Assembly: GCF_009914755.1 (NCBI RefSeq)
Contig: NC_060930.1
Origin: the human T2T-CHM13v2.0 reference genome, Homo sapiens
Reading direction: 5' to 3' (one strand)
DNA length: 64,000 nt
A program made the translations under genes and the position numbers. This document shows, piece by piece, positions 28,715-42,910 of the stretch; positions within the stretch are counted from its first letter, which is position 1; each line of letters starts with the position of its first letter. The notes below the pieces were generated by a model that had not been told where the DNA came from, did not search any database, and worked only from the letters and a program-made list of their open reading frames with translations.

Positions 28715-29005
28715 TTTAATATTCATTCAACAAAATTTACTGAACATCTACTAGGTCAAGATATAGTACTGCTTAGTGTCACTGCCCTCATGGAATGTAT
28801 AACCTAGTGGAAGAAACTTAAAAAATTAACAAGTAAATGATATGATTACAAATTGCTGTAAGTATGATGAAGGAAACAATAGAAAATAAGAGAAAGCATG
28901 TGACATGAATTATTTTACATGTTAGTTTCAGGAAGTTATCTCCAAGAGGTTATATTTACATTGAAACCTGAAGAATAAGAAGGAGTTAGTTATGCATAGA
29001 GTGTG

Positions 29006-29047
<42 letters not shown>

Positions 29048-29320
29048 TTCCAGACAGATGAGAGGCATGTGTAAAGTCCTAAGGTAGGGAGAAGCTAGGC
29101 AGATGTGAGATCCTGAAAGAAGGCCTGTGGATGATACTGTCAAGACCTGAAATTAGAGAGACAGAGGCAGGATTATTCAGGAATAAATAAGACAAAGTAA
29201 CCAGTCTGGATTTTAGTCTACTGACATGAGAAGCCATTGAAGGATTTTGAGCAGGTAAATAATGTGATCCTCTAATTGTATTGAGTACTGAGAAGATTAG
29301 AGAGCACAAAAGTAAAAATC
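28715..29320 (-). mobile_element. LINE L2 3' portion
   Basis: 'attcattcaacaaaatttactga...ctgccctcatgga...agccattgaaggattttgagcagg'. Confidence 0.8.
29008..29043. repeat. (TG)n microsatellite
   Basis: Directly visible. Confidence 0.97.
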
Positions 29321-29757
29321 GGGCCAGTTTAGGTCTGTCTTCTTCCCTGAAATCAGATTGAAATAGTGAATAGAGAATAGGTGCTGCCTCTTAGGGCCCA
29401 TCCTTGGTTAGGGAAGGCACCCAGTACATGTTTTTTGAATAAATGAATGTAATAGTTACAACATTTTATAATATGATGTACTTTTCTATATTAATAACAT
29501 TTAAATAACTAAACAAAAGTTTAATGCATTAGAACTCCTTGCATTATGAAATTAACAATATCTGTTTTTATTTTTATATCTAGAAGGGTATAAAATGAAA
29601 ACCACATTCAGCTGGACAAAGAATATGAAGAGTAGAGGGAAGAGAGATGACAATTTTTTTCCCTCTTGCTTATGGCACTATTTCTCCTAACCCAACTCTC
29701 TGTGAATGTCTTTGGCTGATGTAAGGAACCTATCGACTAGAGGAACCACATTTTTCT

Positions 29758-30482
29758 TTTTTTTTTTTTTTATTTATTATACTTTAAGTTCTAGGGTACA
29801 TGTGCATAATGTGCAGGTTTGTTACATATGTATACATGTGCCATGTTGGTGTGCTGCTCCCATTAACTCTTCATTTACTTTAGGTATTTCTCCTAATGCT
29901 ATCCTTCCCCGCTCCCTGCGTCCCACGACAGGCCCCAGTGTGTGAAGATCCCCACCCTGTGTCCAAGTGTTCGCATTGTTCAATTCCCACCTATGAGTGA
30001 GAACATGCAGTGTTTTATTTTCTGTCCTTGAGATAGTTTGCTCAGAATGATGGTTTCCAGCTTCAACCATGTCCCTATAAAGGACATGAACTCATCCTTT
30101 TTTATGCCTACGTAGTATTCCATGGTGTATATGTGCCACATTTTCTTAATCCAGTCTATCATTGATGGACATTTGGGTTGGTTCCAAGTGTTTGCTATTG
30201 TCAATAGTGCTGCAATAAACATATGTGTGAATGTGTCTTTATAGTAGCATGATTTGTAATCCTTTGGGTATATACCCAGTAATGGGATGGCTGGGTCAAA
30301 GGGTATTTCTAGTTCTAGATCCTTGAGGAATGGCCACACTGTCTTCCACAATGGTTGAACTAGTTTACACTCCCATCAACAGTGTAAAAATGTTCCTATT
30401 TCTCCACATCCTCTGCAGCACCTGTTGTTTCCTGACTTTTTAGTGATCACCATTCTAACTGGTGTGAGATGGTATCTCACTG
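29758..30482 (-). mobile_element. 5'-truncated L1PA4/5-like LINE-1
   Basis: Poly-T plus 'attatactttaagttctagggtacatgtg'; ORF2 C-terminus 29980-30351 (CPSMIDWIKKMWHIYTMEYY); perfect 20-bp TSD tagaggaaccacatttttct at 29738-29757 and 30483-30502. Confidence 0.96.
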
Positions 30483-32434
30483 TAGAGGAACCACATTTTT
30501 CTAAATGTTATGCCCTGGAACAACTGACAATTTTTTGTAGGTTACTCATACTTGATCTTTATAAAAAGTACCATCATGATGATAAATAATCTGAGTAGGA
30601 GTATGATCTTTTGAATGTTTTGTGGAGATAGTAAATATTTCACTTTTAAAAATCCATTAAAGCTATGAATTCCTACTACTAAGTGTGCATGTACAACATG
30701 ATCTGGACTTTCACTCCACAATCATGCAATCCTGAACCATTGGAAATTTGACATAATTATGTGATTTACATATGGAGGTCCACAGTACTAGCAATATCAG
30801 ATATATATTTCATGCTATATTTTACATTTCTACGTTGGGTATGTTGACCTAGTTTAAATTATAAAAACAAAGTCTAAATTGGTTCTTAATCCACTACAGC
30901 CGTATTTTTTACCAGTTGATTCTCAGTTGCACGTTTTTCTCTTTGGATTTTGAAATGTTAAGACCTTTGCTCTTTTTCTTGGAAAGAAAGAAAATGTTTA
31001 TAATTTAAAATGTCAGAAGCCACTCTTCTTGCCTTCAAGGCCTGGGATCAAAAACACCAGGATGGGAAGATTAAGAATAAACAAAAGTAGAAGCCAAATG
31101 AGATGTTCAGCAGAATTCTGAACAGGCATTCTTGCTCTTTGAACAAACCCCCTGGCACTAATTCAATCCCAAGTATAGTAACTGCTCTGCCCTCTCCTTG
31201 ATTCTCTCCCTTACCGTGTTTTTGCTCACTAACCTTTGCTACCTGGACTCCTCTTGCTTCCTCTTTTCTCCCCCACAATAACTGTCTATTGTAACTCAAA
31301 TTGCCTTTGATCCCTAGCTCTGGCTTCTGGATTTGCTCTGCACTTATGTTCATTTGGTTTCACCTTGACTCCTTTTGGTTTCTGACTCTCATTCCTGGGC
31401 ACATTATTGCTAGGTGCCTGCATGTTTAGCTGCTTCCTCTGGCTGCTTCGTGGCTCCTCCCTAACAACTCCCAGCCAGTCCCAGAGTATGGACCAGAACA
31501 TTAAAAAGAGGCAAAGTTAATAATCAACAATTTTGGAGACAGATGATGTGCTTAATATAGAAAAGAATCTTAGTTTTTAAAAAGTGTTTTCTAACAAAAG
31601 CAAGATCCACAATGACTAAATTCTGTATAGTATGACTGTGAACACTTGATAAGTGAATGAAAAAAACACCATTGTATTTCGGCAGGATTCTCTTGTCTCT
31701 TTGCTTATATTTTGAACAAAAGAAAGATTTAGAATATAACAATTTTTGACCTGTAATTCAACTCAAATGACAGAATGTGATAATCAAGTGAATAAGCATT
31801 ATAGAAATACCCAAAATTAATGGTTGAAGTAATGTCTTGATATGTCAGCTTTATTCATAGCCCAAGCCTTGTCATTTATTTCAAAGCCAAATTTAAAGAA
31901 CTATGACTAATAATTATAAACATCCTCAGAATATTTAAAAAAGACCTTTCCTTAAACATTTGGTGAGCTTTATCATTATTATTATTTGGTCAGCTCTTTT
32001 CCAGCATTAATATTATATATTGAAGGGGACATGTTCATTTATAACACCTCAGGCATGCAAAGTAAAATTCACTTCGATATTGCTGATGCTATAAACATTT
32101 TCACCTATCACAGGAGACATGCCAGAGCACTCTGGTCTTTATTGTAAGACATTGTATCATTAATATGGAGACATACTTTAAATCCTTGAAATGGATAGCT
32201 TGTTTAGTATGTATTTTGTGCCATGCTATTTTTATTTAATGTTGCATAAATAATACATTACAATATATTAGTTATTCCTTACCTTATGTGACTTCTGCTA
32301 CCAATGATTTTTAAAATGTAAATAATTGTATATAGTTTTCTCTTAAAAAAACAGAACTCTAACGTCAATGACACCTAAAAATTATAACATACACCCTCCA
32401 CTATTGGCTTTCAGAACTTTCATTATTCATTGAT

Positions 32435-33100
32435 TTTTTCAGCCATTTATTCACTAGGTACTTACTGAAAGACTTTCTATGTGCCAGGCACTACCATGCA
32501 AGGTGCTGAGTACATGGATAAACAAGATATGATTATTCTTTCAATGAGCTTATAGTTTAGATGGAAAGTTAAACAGTCATGCAAATAATTAGAATACAAT
32601 ATAAGATAGCTTAAATATAGTTATTTATAAGTTGCAGATTTCAGAGCCTTCTTTCTGTCTGCAGTTACGGAAAGCTACAGAAAGAAAATAAAATCTGGGC
32701 TGAATTTGTAGAATGAACATAGATTGCAGAGGTAAGATATTTAGAAAGCACATTCAGAGAAGGAGCATCTATATTTGAGAAAGCTGGAATCTTATGAGGA
32801 GAGACACTGAGGCATATGAATGCACAGGACATGTGGGTAACATTGAACAGTGCAGTGTGGCTGGAATGTGGGGAATATATCAGAGATCATATGTAGATGG
32901 AATGATGGGGAAGGAGAGGGAAAGAGCATATTCATTTTTCAAGGGTCTGAAAGTAAACTTGGTCTGAGAAGTGTAGAAATGATATTTCAGTGATTTGATA
33001 AATTCTTGTGTAAGAGAAAGGGCAAAAAGGCAAGTGGGAGTGAGCACTATATAGGTAAGGAGATTTTCAAGATGGCTTAAACTCAGCATTATTTGTGATA
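32435..33100 (-). mobile_element. LINE L2 fragment (further degraded L2-like sequence continues to ~34900)
   Basis: 'atttattcactaggtacttactga...ctatgtgccaggcact...agcttatagtttagatgg'. Confidence 0.7.
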
Positions 33101-34149
33101 GAGACAAAAGATTTAGTAAAAAGAGAGAGAGAGACAGAGAGAGAGATGAATGACACAAAAGGTGAAAGAAACAAGTCTACATAGTCTTCAAATCTGTTTC
33201 ATTTTCCCTGTCATAGGAACAAAGGAAGGGGTGTCATGTTGATGTGGGGAACCACAAGATCATAGCTGCCTGAATTCATGAGTAATGAAATCAAAGGCAG
33301 TTGCTCTGGAGAGGTAGCAAAAGCCACAATGAATTTGGCTTTATAAAATAAAAATAAATAAAAATTTTATTAAAACTTTAAAGGTAGTTTTCTTTGGTTA
33401 CTGCAATATAGCATCACCGACCCTGGCCAACACAAAAATTTAAAAGTCAATACTTAATGGTCATACAAGTCAAAGGAGGCAAAAGAAGATTGATTCAAGG
33501 TCATAAGTTAAGAGGCTTAGAGAGAAATAAGACCACTTCTTCTGAAACACATAGGAAAGTTTAGGGAAGGACAAAAATACAGGACATTTTGGAGGCAAAA
33601 AATGGGGAAGTTGAAGTAGTCTATTCATAATGGCCAATATATTCTTGTGATATTAGAAATTAAGTCTTCTGTTGAGAAGTTGAACGACAAGATTGAAGAA
33701 AGTAAAATTACAGAGCAATTGCTAAGGGAATAGTTATAAGGAATGGAAAGAGTCAGTTAGACAGAAGGAGAAGAACTGCAGAGCAATGATACCAACCCAG
33801 CGAGTCTGTAGCATTTAGAGTGGAGACGGTCAACATGATTTTGTCATTTTCTACAGCAGTGATTGCTAACTTGAGAGAAGGAGTAGAAAAAATAAATGCT
33901 TGTGCTCATAGTAGGGCTTAGAAAACAAATTACAGGATGAAGAGGCAATCTCCAGAAAGTTAAGCAAGTTTGGGAATGTGTAGTTGAAGTGATTAACAAC
34001 CCAAATATGTGTAGTGATCAATTTAAATAGGATGAAAGTCAAAAGGAGGCTGATAGAGCAAAAGATTCTAGAAGAAACCAGTGTTTTAATGGAATTAAAG
34101 GGCAAATGTAGCAGGACTATAAGTGTAAAAATGTTAAAAACCGGAGGTT

Positions 34150-34385
34150 ATTCTTATATAATGCAGTGGTTGAGCAGGTTGTCTGGGTTTTAATAGCAGT
34201 TCTGCCCCTTACTAGCTGTGTGGCATTAGGGAAGTAAGTAACATTTTTTTTTCTTCTGTGCCTCACACTCCTCATGGGAAATTTTAACCTACATCAGAGG
34301 GTTTTTGTAATGACTGAATGAGTCAAACACATAAGGCTCTTAGAATAGTGCCTGGCACAAAGTGCTCTTGTGTAAGTTGTTCTAA
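34150..34385 (+). mobile_element. MIR SINE
   Basis: MIR core 'ctgccccttactagctgtgtggcattagggaagt...tctgtgcctca...agaatagtgcctggcaca'. Confidence 0.8.
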
Positions 34386-35139
34386 TGGTAGGATTTACAC
34401 AGTCATGGAGATGAATGTTGAGGTTTAACTGAGATGAAGATGGAAAGAAGATAAGAAATTATAAGATGAGGATTTAGTGGATCTTCAGTGTGGGCCCTGC
34501 ATATTCTCAAGATTCTAAGGAGAATCAAAAAGAAGATTTTGAGCCAGTGTGGCCTCAGTTGATACAGGGATATCATAAAGTAATGACCATGAAGATGGAA
34601 AAGGAGAGTGGCATAACTATGGCATGAGCTTCAAGATCCATAATCTAGCAGTCTAGAAATGTTTTCTACCCTTACAACTTGTCACTGAGACACAGAGGGC
34701 ATGAGAAAATGAATAGTGTCTCAAGAGTTTTCAGGAAGTTTTTATCAAGAAAAAGTCATGCTTTTGCCTACATAGAGAGGCAGAAAAGAAAGAAAAAGAT
34801 GCAATTATGCAAAATCAGTGGATATATATGAATGAGGAGTCCTGCAGGCACTTTGGACAAGATCAGTTGTAAAAGACCAGAATCAGTAAGGGGAGATGAA
34901 AGTATAAAAAGGTAAGATATTTCCTAAAAGGGAATGAAAGAGTATGAACCTTGAGCCATCATCATGGGTAAGAGATGAGAAGTTAATTTGCTTTTGATTT
35001 TTGTTTACCTCAAATTCACAAAGCCATTTTCTTTTCTACGTAGGCCATTTATAATTTTTTAGAATGCATGTATTCTTAGTTTTAATCAGAGCTACTGACT
35101 GTGGGGCTCTTATGTAAACAAAGAATAAATACACTTATC

Positions 35140-37100
35140 ACATTTAGGATTATTGAGGAAGAAATAATTCCAAGGTTATTTAAACTATTTCAAATCTTAC
35201 AAAATGATATTGCGCTTGCTGATACATTTTATGAAGCTGGCATAATGCTAATACTAATGCCAGACAGTAATAATAATGGAAAAATAAAGTAATAGTCCAA
35301 TTTCACTTATGGATATAGATGCAAAAATCTTAATTAAAAATTAGCAAATAAAATCCAGCAGTGTATCAGCAATGACCTAGTGTAGTTTATTGCAAAGACT
35401 GTGTCATGTCAGGAGCTCTTTCAACATCATAATTTATTATACAAGTATATTCATGGATTAAAACCATATTAATCGATATTGAAAAGGCATTTGGTTAAAT
35501 TCAGCAGCCATTCCTACAAAACTCTAATAAAAAATATGAATAAATGAGAACCATCTAAATACGATAAATGCACTCATGCAAAACCAAGAGCAAACATTAT
35601 TCCAGGCATTAACTTAGGAGAGTTCATTTAAAAACTATTACATGGGAATTTGGTAACATGCCTGTATATGTAATACCTACTCAAAAAAGGAATGGTGTGG
35701 TTCTATGCTAGAAATAATCTCTAGAATTAGAAATGTAAAAAAAAAAAAAATCCACTTACAACAGTACAAAAGCATTAAAATATTTTTAAATATATTTAAT
35801 AAGAAACGTAGGGGACCTATAGGATGAGAATCATAAAATCTTATTGAAGGGCTACAACATCAGCTGAACAAATGGAAAAACACCCAGTTCTTGTACAGGA
35901 AGACTTAATACTACAAATATGTCAATTCTGCCCAAATTGTTTTATATATTTAATGAAATTCCAATTAAAACTCTCTGCTCTCAGAAAATTGGATTATTCT
36001 ACATTTTATATGGAAGAATGAATGTTCAAGAGAAGCTAAGAAATGTAAGAACATGAAAAATAATGATGAGAATCCTTGCCAGATATTAAAATATGTTATA
36101 AAGTCTGCATAATCAAAATGGTTGGATATTAGCATAGGAATAGACTAATTGATTAGTAGACCAGAATAAGAATCACAGAATACATGGGAACTTAATATAG
36201 GACAAAGGTGGTATTTCATTTCAAAGGGAAGAGAATGGTTTATTTAGTAAATTAGCATATTTCATTTGCATATTAGTAGCACAATTATTATTTGAAAAAA
36301 TTAAAGTTGAACTACTATCTCACATGATATACAGAAATACTGCATTTGTCTTAAAAGTTAATAAAATAATAAAATTTCAAAAATATAAAATTTAGATAAT
36401 ATGTATAACCTACACAGTAGGGATACTTTTTAAGGCAAGTTAGTAACCCAGAAATTATTAAGAAAATACAAACCCTGTACAAACGCTGGGTTTTTTTTAA
36501 TAGGAAAAATTATCTGTGCTTGTTAGAATACATTCAGCTGCAAGTACCAAGAAATCCAACTTACATAGGCTTAATAAACCATGAGGGAATGTATGGGCTC
36601 ACACTGTTAGATGTTCAGAGGCATGGTGGCCTTTAAAAGTGGCTTAACCCAGTGTCTTTATCCAGTGCGTTTCTCTGTGATTCTCTCATCTTTGTCCAAT
36701 TTTTTGAATTGGCTTCCTCCTGAAGCCTGTATCAAGAAGGCTACAGTAGTTTTTCTGGAAGTGACGTCTATACTTGACAATGGCCGAGAGAAAAAGAGCC
36801 AATTTCCTCCAATGGCCCTCTCTTCAAAGTGAGGAAAGAAGCTTTCACAAGATTTCTTCTCACATCTCATTGGCTCCAACTGGCTGCATTTCTGAATCCC
36901 CATGGGTAGGGAAATAAATTGATTGGCTTAGGTCTCATGTATGTATAAACAAGTTGTAAAAATATTTAGCTATTTAGCTGTCTTCATGTGGGAGATTTTG
37001 TGTAATTTTTACTTTCTGCCTTATATCAAATTGAATTTTTAAAAATAAAATACATTATCACTATAATCAGAAAAATTATAAAGCTATTTTATTGTGGAAA
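35140..37100 (+). mobile_element. Ancient L1ME-like ORF2/3' fragment, interrupted by an MLT1 LTR
   Basis: ORF 35101-35292 'EEIIPRLFKLFQ...TFYEAGIMLILMPD' corresponds to L1 ORF2; also 'atagatgcaaaaatctt' and 'ggaagacttaatact'. Confidence 0.75.
36520..36930 (-). mobile_element. MLT1-family MaLR LTR (old subfamily)
   Basis: 'gttagaatacattcagctgcaagtaccaagaaatccaact...ggctta', 'cacatctcattggc', 'tgattggcttagg'. Confidence 0.6.
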
Positions 37101-38231
37101 AAAGTTCTTTCATAATAATAGTGAGCTGGAGAGTATGAACTTATATATCGCTATATTGGTTCATTTTCATCTGTGTCCTGGCAGGAAGTCTTCTTTTAAG
37201 AAATGTAATCACCTTTTAAAAAAGGTGATTTTTTATATTATTTTTATATTATATATTTGGTCCCCAAAATATTATGTTTGAGAGAAAATTATTCTCCAAC
37301 AATTTGCAATGAATTTAATAATGTTTATTAAACATTTTAATAATTATAAATAACTATTAAGTGAATAATAAAATAAGTTTAATAAGTTAGATAAATAAGT
37401 TACAAAAATCGCATTTCTTTAAACATATATTTTTTAAACATTTATTTATTAAACAGTTCAAGTAACATTTACTTCACATCAAACTTCTCTGCTTAGTCAG
37501 AACAATGAAATAATTGACAGACAGGCTGAAATTACATTTGTATCCTAATGGTTATGCCTGTTTTATGCCCTTGAAATAGTAAGTTATGCCACTGTCCTCT
37601 GAGTGAAGGAAACACAGTAGTGCCTTTCCATCATGTATCCAAGAAGAATTATGAACAAATTCTTGGGGTAGGCTGAGCATCTTAACAGTGGCAACAGCAG
37701 AGGTGTACAGGGTGTCCCCACACTCACTTCCAGAACTTGGTCATCTCAATTTACCAGCGGTTCTTATTTAGGTTCTCATAGCCCAGAAAATTCTGCCAGG
37801 GTACTACACATAGTGGGCTATTTTTAGCACTGGGCCTGCCTCAGGAAACTGGAGAACTTGAACACTCATTGACAAGGAAGTAGAAGACAGCAAAGACTTA
37901 AGAGAGAAAGATGAGATGCTTTATATTTTCCTCCTGTGATTTTATTTGGCAGCTCATCATCCAGTTAGGAAGGTCTAAGAGATAACGAAGATATAAAGTG
38001 CTGAGTAGAGAGATACACACTTGGGAACAGGAAAGATAGCTGGCAGTGGGAAGGAGTGTGAAACATTTTTTACATGGAGAGGAGGAAAAGCTGTGGAATT
38101 GGGTTACTTAAACATAGAGAGGGAGTTAAGAGCAAAGAGGCTCTTTCTGGAGAAGTTGATCAAGACCTGAAGTGAAAATCTTTAAAAGTTCTGAAAGAGT
38201 GGCTAAAAAATAATTGTAAATTACTTACGAT

Positions 38232-38420
38232 AACTTTCCAGCCATGTGATTTTAAGCGAATTATTTAAACTCTCTGAGCCTCAGTTTTCTTATTTATAAA
38301 ATGTAGGTATTTAATACCTACCTCACAGGGTTATAATGAGGCTTAAATGAGTGAAATGTATAGAAAATACTCAACATGATGCCTAGAACATGGGAAACAC
38401 TTATAAAAAGTGGCTATTTT
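38232..38420 (+). mobile_element. MIR SINE
   Basis: 'atttaaactctctgagcctcagttttcttatttataaaatg...acctacctcacaggg'. Confidence 0.85.
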
Positions 38421-39652
38421 TATTACATTGTTTTACATTTCACGTTCTAAATAAAATTGCTAGTGTTCATAAAGAGGCAAAATAATAATAATAAACTGTA
38501 TAGTAAAGAGACAGTCTAGCTCTTGCTTCTCATACACATACACTGACACACAAGGAAATAAATTACAGATGTATTCTTTGTGGCATAATTCATATACAAC
38601 AAGGCAATGCTCAAGAGAGCTATTATACTACATCACTCGGACACTGTCCACCTTTGTTTTGTAGTTATTCAGAGAAGAGGGGAAATCTCTTGAACTATCA
38701 TGAACATGGGTTAAGTGTAGTATAAGTCTGAGGGCAGACCAAAGTAAATCAATTTATCTCGTTTAGACACTCTGTACTAACTAAATGTAATAGATCCCAG
38801 GGGCAAAATTAGATGGAAGATAGGTAAATGCATCAGTATGCACACAATCAAAGAACAAGAAAAAGCAATGTAGTGCATAAGGCCTCCAGTTGATATGTAG
38901 CAAGAATTATTAATTAAACTTCAAAACAAGAACATGTAAAATTAATATTAGAAAGATAATTGTGTGTTCTAAGCAAAAGAAAATAACTCACAGGAGGTAC
39001 TGCTGCACTGTCCACAATTTTAGACTACATGACTTCTAAAATCCTTTTAACTCTCAGTAAAAAAAAGTAGCATTATCATTCCTTTGTATCAAAAAACACC
39101 ATAGATGTTATCTCTTTTAATGTTGCCTTTTCTTCAACTTGATTTTTTTTTCATTTGGTTTTCCAGTGAGAAGCAATTGATACTGGAAGTCTTGGAATAT
39201 GGCATTTCATAATTTGCATAACAAATATCAGCTCTGCTCTTCAAGAAGACTGAAGTTTTTTTGGTTTTATAGTATTTTATAAAATTTTATAATTTGTACT
39301 TAAAAAATTGTCAGCAACTTTCATTTAAACATCTTATTTTAAATTCTTCCAGTTATCTACAGACACACACACACACACACTCCTTCTCAATGCAATCTAG
39401 AAAGGAGCAAATGTACAAGATTTTTTGTCTCCACTATTTTTTCTTTTTCCTTGCAACAATATCCCCATTGACTGTATCCTAAAACTAAAATGAGCAGAAA
39501 TAAGCTATCATTCTTTTCCCATGTGACTTCTTGAGGGAAGCCTCCAAGCAACTTAAAATTCTCCCACCATTTTTAGGTTTTAGGAATTGGGAGATAGATG
39601 GATGGAAATTAAAAAAAAAATCTTCATAGACAAAAGAAGTCTAAGAATGGCT

Positions 39653-40028
39653 ATTGCAGGTTAAGTCCCCCAAAAAGTAAACTCTGAGATAGAGACTGGT
39701 GTGCAGAAAGTTTACTGGAGACTTCCTGGGATTAACACTTTGGGAGAAGGGAAGGAAGCAGGAGATAACCAAGGAAAAGATGGGCTGTGATATAGTTGCT
39801 ATAAGATTTCAGCTAACTCCTGGAATTAGGCCAGCCTTTATTCTGGATGTGAGATCCTTAAGGGAAGAAGCTAAAAATTAGGTAAGAAGGCTCTCTACAG
39901 CTCAGGTAAATTCTCAGAGAAAGCCAAAAGCTGGTAGCTGTCAGCAGGCAAAATGCCTAACTCCAGGGAGAGTAAGACCTGTAGCAGTAGAGCAGTAATC
40001 TGGGAAATGCAGCACAGCATCCACCACA
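39653..40028. mobile_element. ERVL solo LTR (LTR33/LTR16-like)
   Basis: 'aaactctgagatagagactggtgtgcagaaagtttactgg...ggattaacac...gggaaggaagcagg', ending 'cagcatccaccaca'. Confidence 0.65.
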
Positions 40029-40499
40029 GAACGTGGACAACAGATGTCATCCTTTGGTCAAGGGCTGGCTGTTAATGTGGGGTGGACTGAGGGTGGAGAT
40101 AACATTTGATTGGCCCCCTCCCTCATATTCACATTCCTACACCCTTTGCTTTTCTGCCATTTCATCTGCCGTTGTTGTGTTGGCAGAAGGATGAAACGGC
40201 CGAGTGCAGAGAACAAAGGGATCAATTCTTTGCTTTTGAGTTTCAAAACTGTAGGCCTCAGCAAGACAAAAGTATTTGGAAAAAGCAGGAAGTGTAAGAT
40301 GAGAAGCCTTCTCAACCCCTCCCAGACTAGATAAAGATTCCTTGGGCTTTAGTGAGGAGAAAGGTGGAGCGAAAGTAAACAGCACTTAGAGGCCTGTGAA
40401 TTCCTGGGGTAGAACTTGGGGAGCTGAGAACACAGGAGTGAAGTCAAGACACTCCAGGAATGTACAGACTAGTAGGGAAAACACATTCAACAAATAAAC

Positions 40500-40920
40500 G
40501 CAATAAAGTAAATTGACTGATATGATATAACATACAGGAAGGGAGTATAACCTAGCTGAGGAATATGGGAATGGCTCACTAAAAAAAGATATTTAATTGG
40601 AAACTTGTAGCATAAGTAGATATTGTAAAGGTAGAGAAGAGAAAAAAAGTGTTTCTGGGAAAAGGAAGACATGAGCAAGCACAGAGGAAGAAAATATGGT
40701 GTGTTTTAGAAGTTAAGAGAAGTCGGAGATGATTACTAGAATACAGAAAGAAGAGGAACGCTAGGAAAGGTGGGAAATCCATTAGAAGTTTGGTGATGTA
40801 ATCAAGAAATAAGACACGGAAAGATTAGGAGGAGCACTGAGAAAGTTTAAAAACAAATGGATTGGAGAGGTATTTAGGAGGCAGCATTGATGAGATTTGG
40901 TGATTAATTGCTGTAGAAAC
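40500..40920 (-). mobile_element. Degraded L2 fragment
   Basis: 'gagaggtatttaggaggcagcattgatgagatttggtgattaattg'. Confidence 0.55.
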
Positions 40921-42184
40921 AAGAAAGAGCTGTGGCAAAGGGGAAAGATCTAGTGCAATTGCTGGAAAATATCAAAAGTCCAATCTAGGATGGTGACCAA
41001 GAACTGTACCACAGCACCAATTATCCATGGGCACAGTATCAGTGTATTCATACATACCTATAAATCAAATTATTTCTGAAGACCTTTTGCCTTTGGTCTT
41101 CTCATGCCTATGGAATTATTTTATGCATCTTCATGGATCTGGAGAGAAATAACTACCTCTATGAGTTTACTTAGGGATTCCAGCCATGTGCACTAATTTC
41201 CTAGGGGGAAGGGATTTCTTAGAGAAAGATGGAAATAAGAGGGTAGAGAGAAGAAAACGTTTTGGGCCCCAAGGAGGTTTCTTTTTTGAGAGCTCATGGT
41301 TATCCTCTCTTGTGAGCCCCACGATTGAATCATTCAGACTCTTTTCTTGAATACCTATTCTGTTAAAGACCCTATGCAAGGCCTTGTGAAGGACCTAAGG
41401 ATGAACAGCAATTAAGGGGCATCAACTCCATTGGCAGATGCTTCAGGGCTGCCTCGGAGTCATTGGCCCTAAAGAATCACCCCCTAAACCTTGTTGCCTT
41501 TATCAGCATTAGTAGGAGGATTAAAAACATAGAACTCAAATTAGATTGGAACCTGCCCAATATACCTTCTTTCCTCTTACATCTTTTGGAAGATATCCTT
41601 CTTTCTTCCAAGTGCCAATCTTCCTGCTTCTTGTAAATGCAATGACTGTATCAATTTCATCTGCCTTCTGCTTCAGGTCCCCAAACAGCACTATTTTTTT
41701 TCTTTCTTTTGTTTCTCTTTTGTCCCTTGCCCTGATAATGATAATGGCATTGGCTAACATCCCCATCTCTTATTTTGTCCTACATATTTAGTCATCAAGA
41801 GTATATATCAACCAGGAATCACACTTGTTGCTTCAGACACTTTGACTCATGTAACCCCCTTCTTTTTTCAGCAAGCCCCATGGTGGCCAACAAACAGCCT
41901 TTAAAGAATATGGTCATGAATTTGAACACTGCTTGTTCTCTAACCTCTCGCTCTCTCAATGGCACAACCTCTGGTCCCTCTGGCTCCCTTCTCGACTTTC
42001 CTTCCCCTCCTCCAGTTTTCCGTCTTTCTCCTCTCTGTCTCTTACTGGAGTAAGTAATTAAGGGAAGCAGACATCCTTAAGTCAGAGCTGGGCAGAAATT
42101 GAGCTCTCTCTCCAACTCACTGAAAATACTTCAGGTCAGTGATCACTGAGATATAAAAATTCTCTTAGAAAAACAAAGTGGCTG

Positions 42185-42540
42185 CTTAGCCACTTGTTAG
42201 GTGCATGATTTTAGGTAAGTTATCTCTCTAGGCCTCAGTTCCCCATATGTATAACCAAACTAATATGTGATTAATGGGTAGAGATAGATTTATTAAAGAA
42301 GCCTACAAAGCTTAAAGTTTACGGCCCCTCATCCACCCAGACCCCCTTCTAATGTCCTGTGAAGTGCCACTGTAATTTTGTATTATTTTCTTAAAGATCT
42401 ATCCTCCCCCAAATCATATAAACTTCAAGCCTCACTGAACACACTAATCCTACCTTTGCCGATAGGATTTTGTGAAAATGAAATAAACAATATATGTAAG
42501 TCACTTAGCATAAAACCTGGCAGCTATTCCTGTCACCATT
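42185..42540 (+). mobile_element. MIR SINE split by a MER53
   Basis: 'ggtaagttatctctctaggcctcagttccccatatgtataa' and 'atatgtaagtcacttagcata'. Confidence 0.65.
42275..42457. mobile_element. MER53-like hAT MITE
   Basis: 'aagcttaaagtttacggcccctca...gtaattttgtattattttcttaaaga...aaacttcaagcctcac'. Confidence 0.6.
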
Positions 42541-42699
42541 ATCATTTTTTAACACTACTAAATTATTTACCTATAGAAAAGATTGTAAAGGGCTTAATCA
42601 AAATTTAAAAAGATCAAACTTCAAAAAATATATGAACGAATACAAAATATACATTTTTTCCAATTTTAATGGGATTTTGCAGTAGTAACTACATTTTTC

Positions 42700-42910
42700 A
42701 TTTTGAAATTCACTTTTTAATTATAAAAGTAGTACATGTTTGTTATAAAAATTCAAAAAATATAAAAGTGTCTTAAGTTAAAAATTAAAATCACCTTTCT
42801 TTTTCTCTCCTCCCTTACTATTGATCCTCCCTCCCATATTATTTTCCTGCTAGGGTAATCATAAATTAATATTTTGGTGTGTATTCTACCATATTTTAAA
42901 ATGTACTTTA
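42700..42910 (-). mobile_element. L1ME-like 3' end fragment
   Basis: 'ttataaaagtagtacatgtttgttataaaaattcaaaaaatat...ggtaatc...tttggtgtgtattct'. Confidence 0.5.

Noticed and set aside
31104-31124. Hairpin tgttcag-N7-ctgaaca
   Set aside because: A 7-bp stem is expected by chance in 64 kb
40106-40334. Possible + strand exon after 'gtgttggcag' encoding KDETAECREQ...
   Set aside because: Weak splice signals and no recognisable protein similarity
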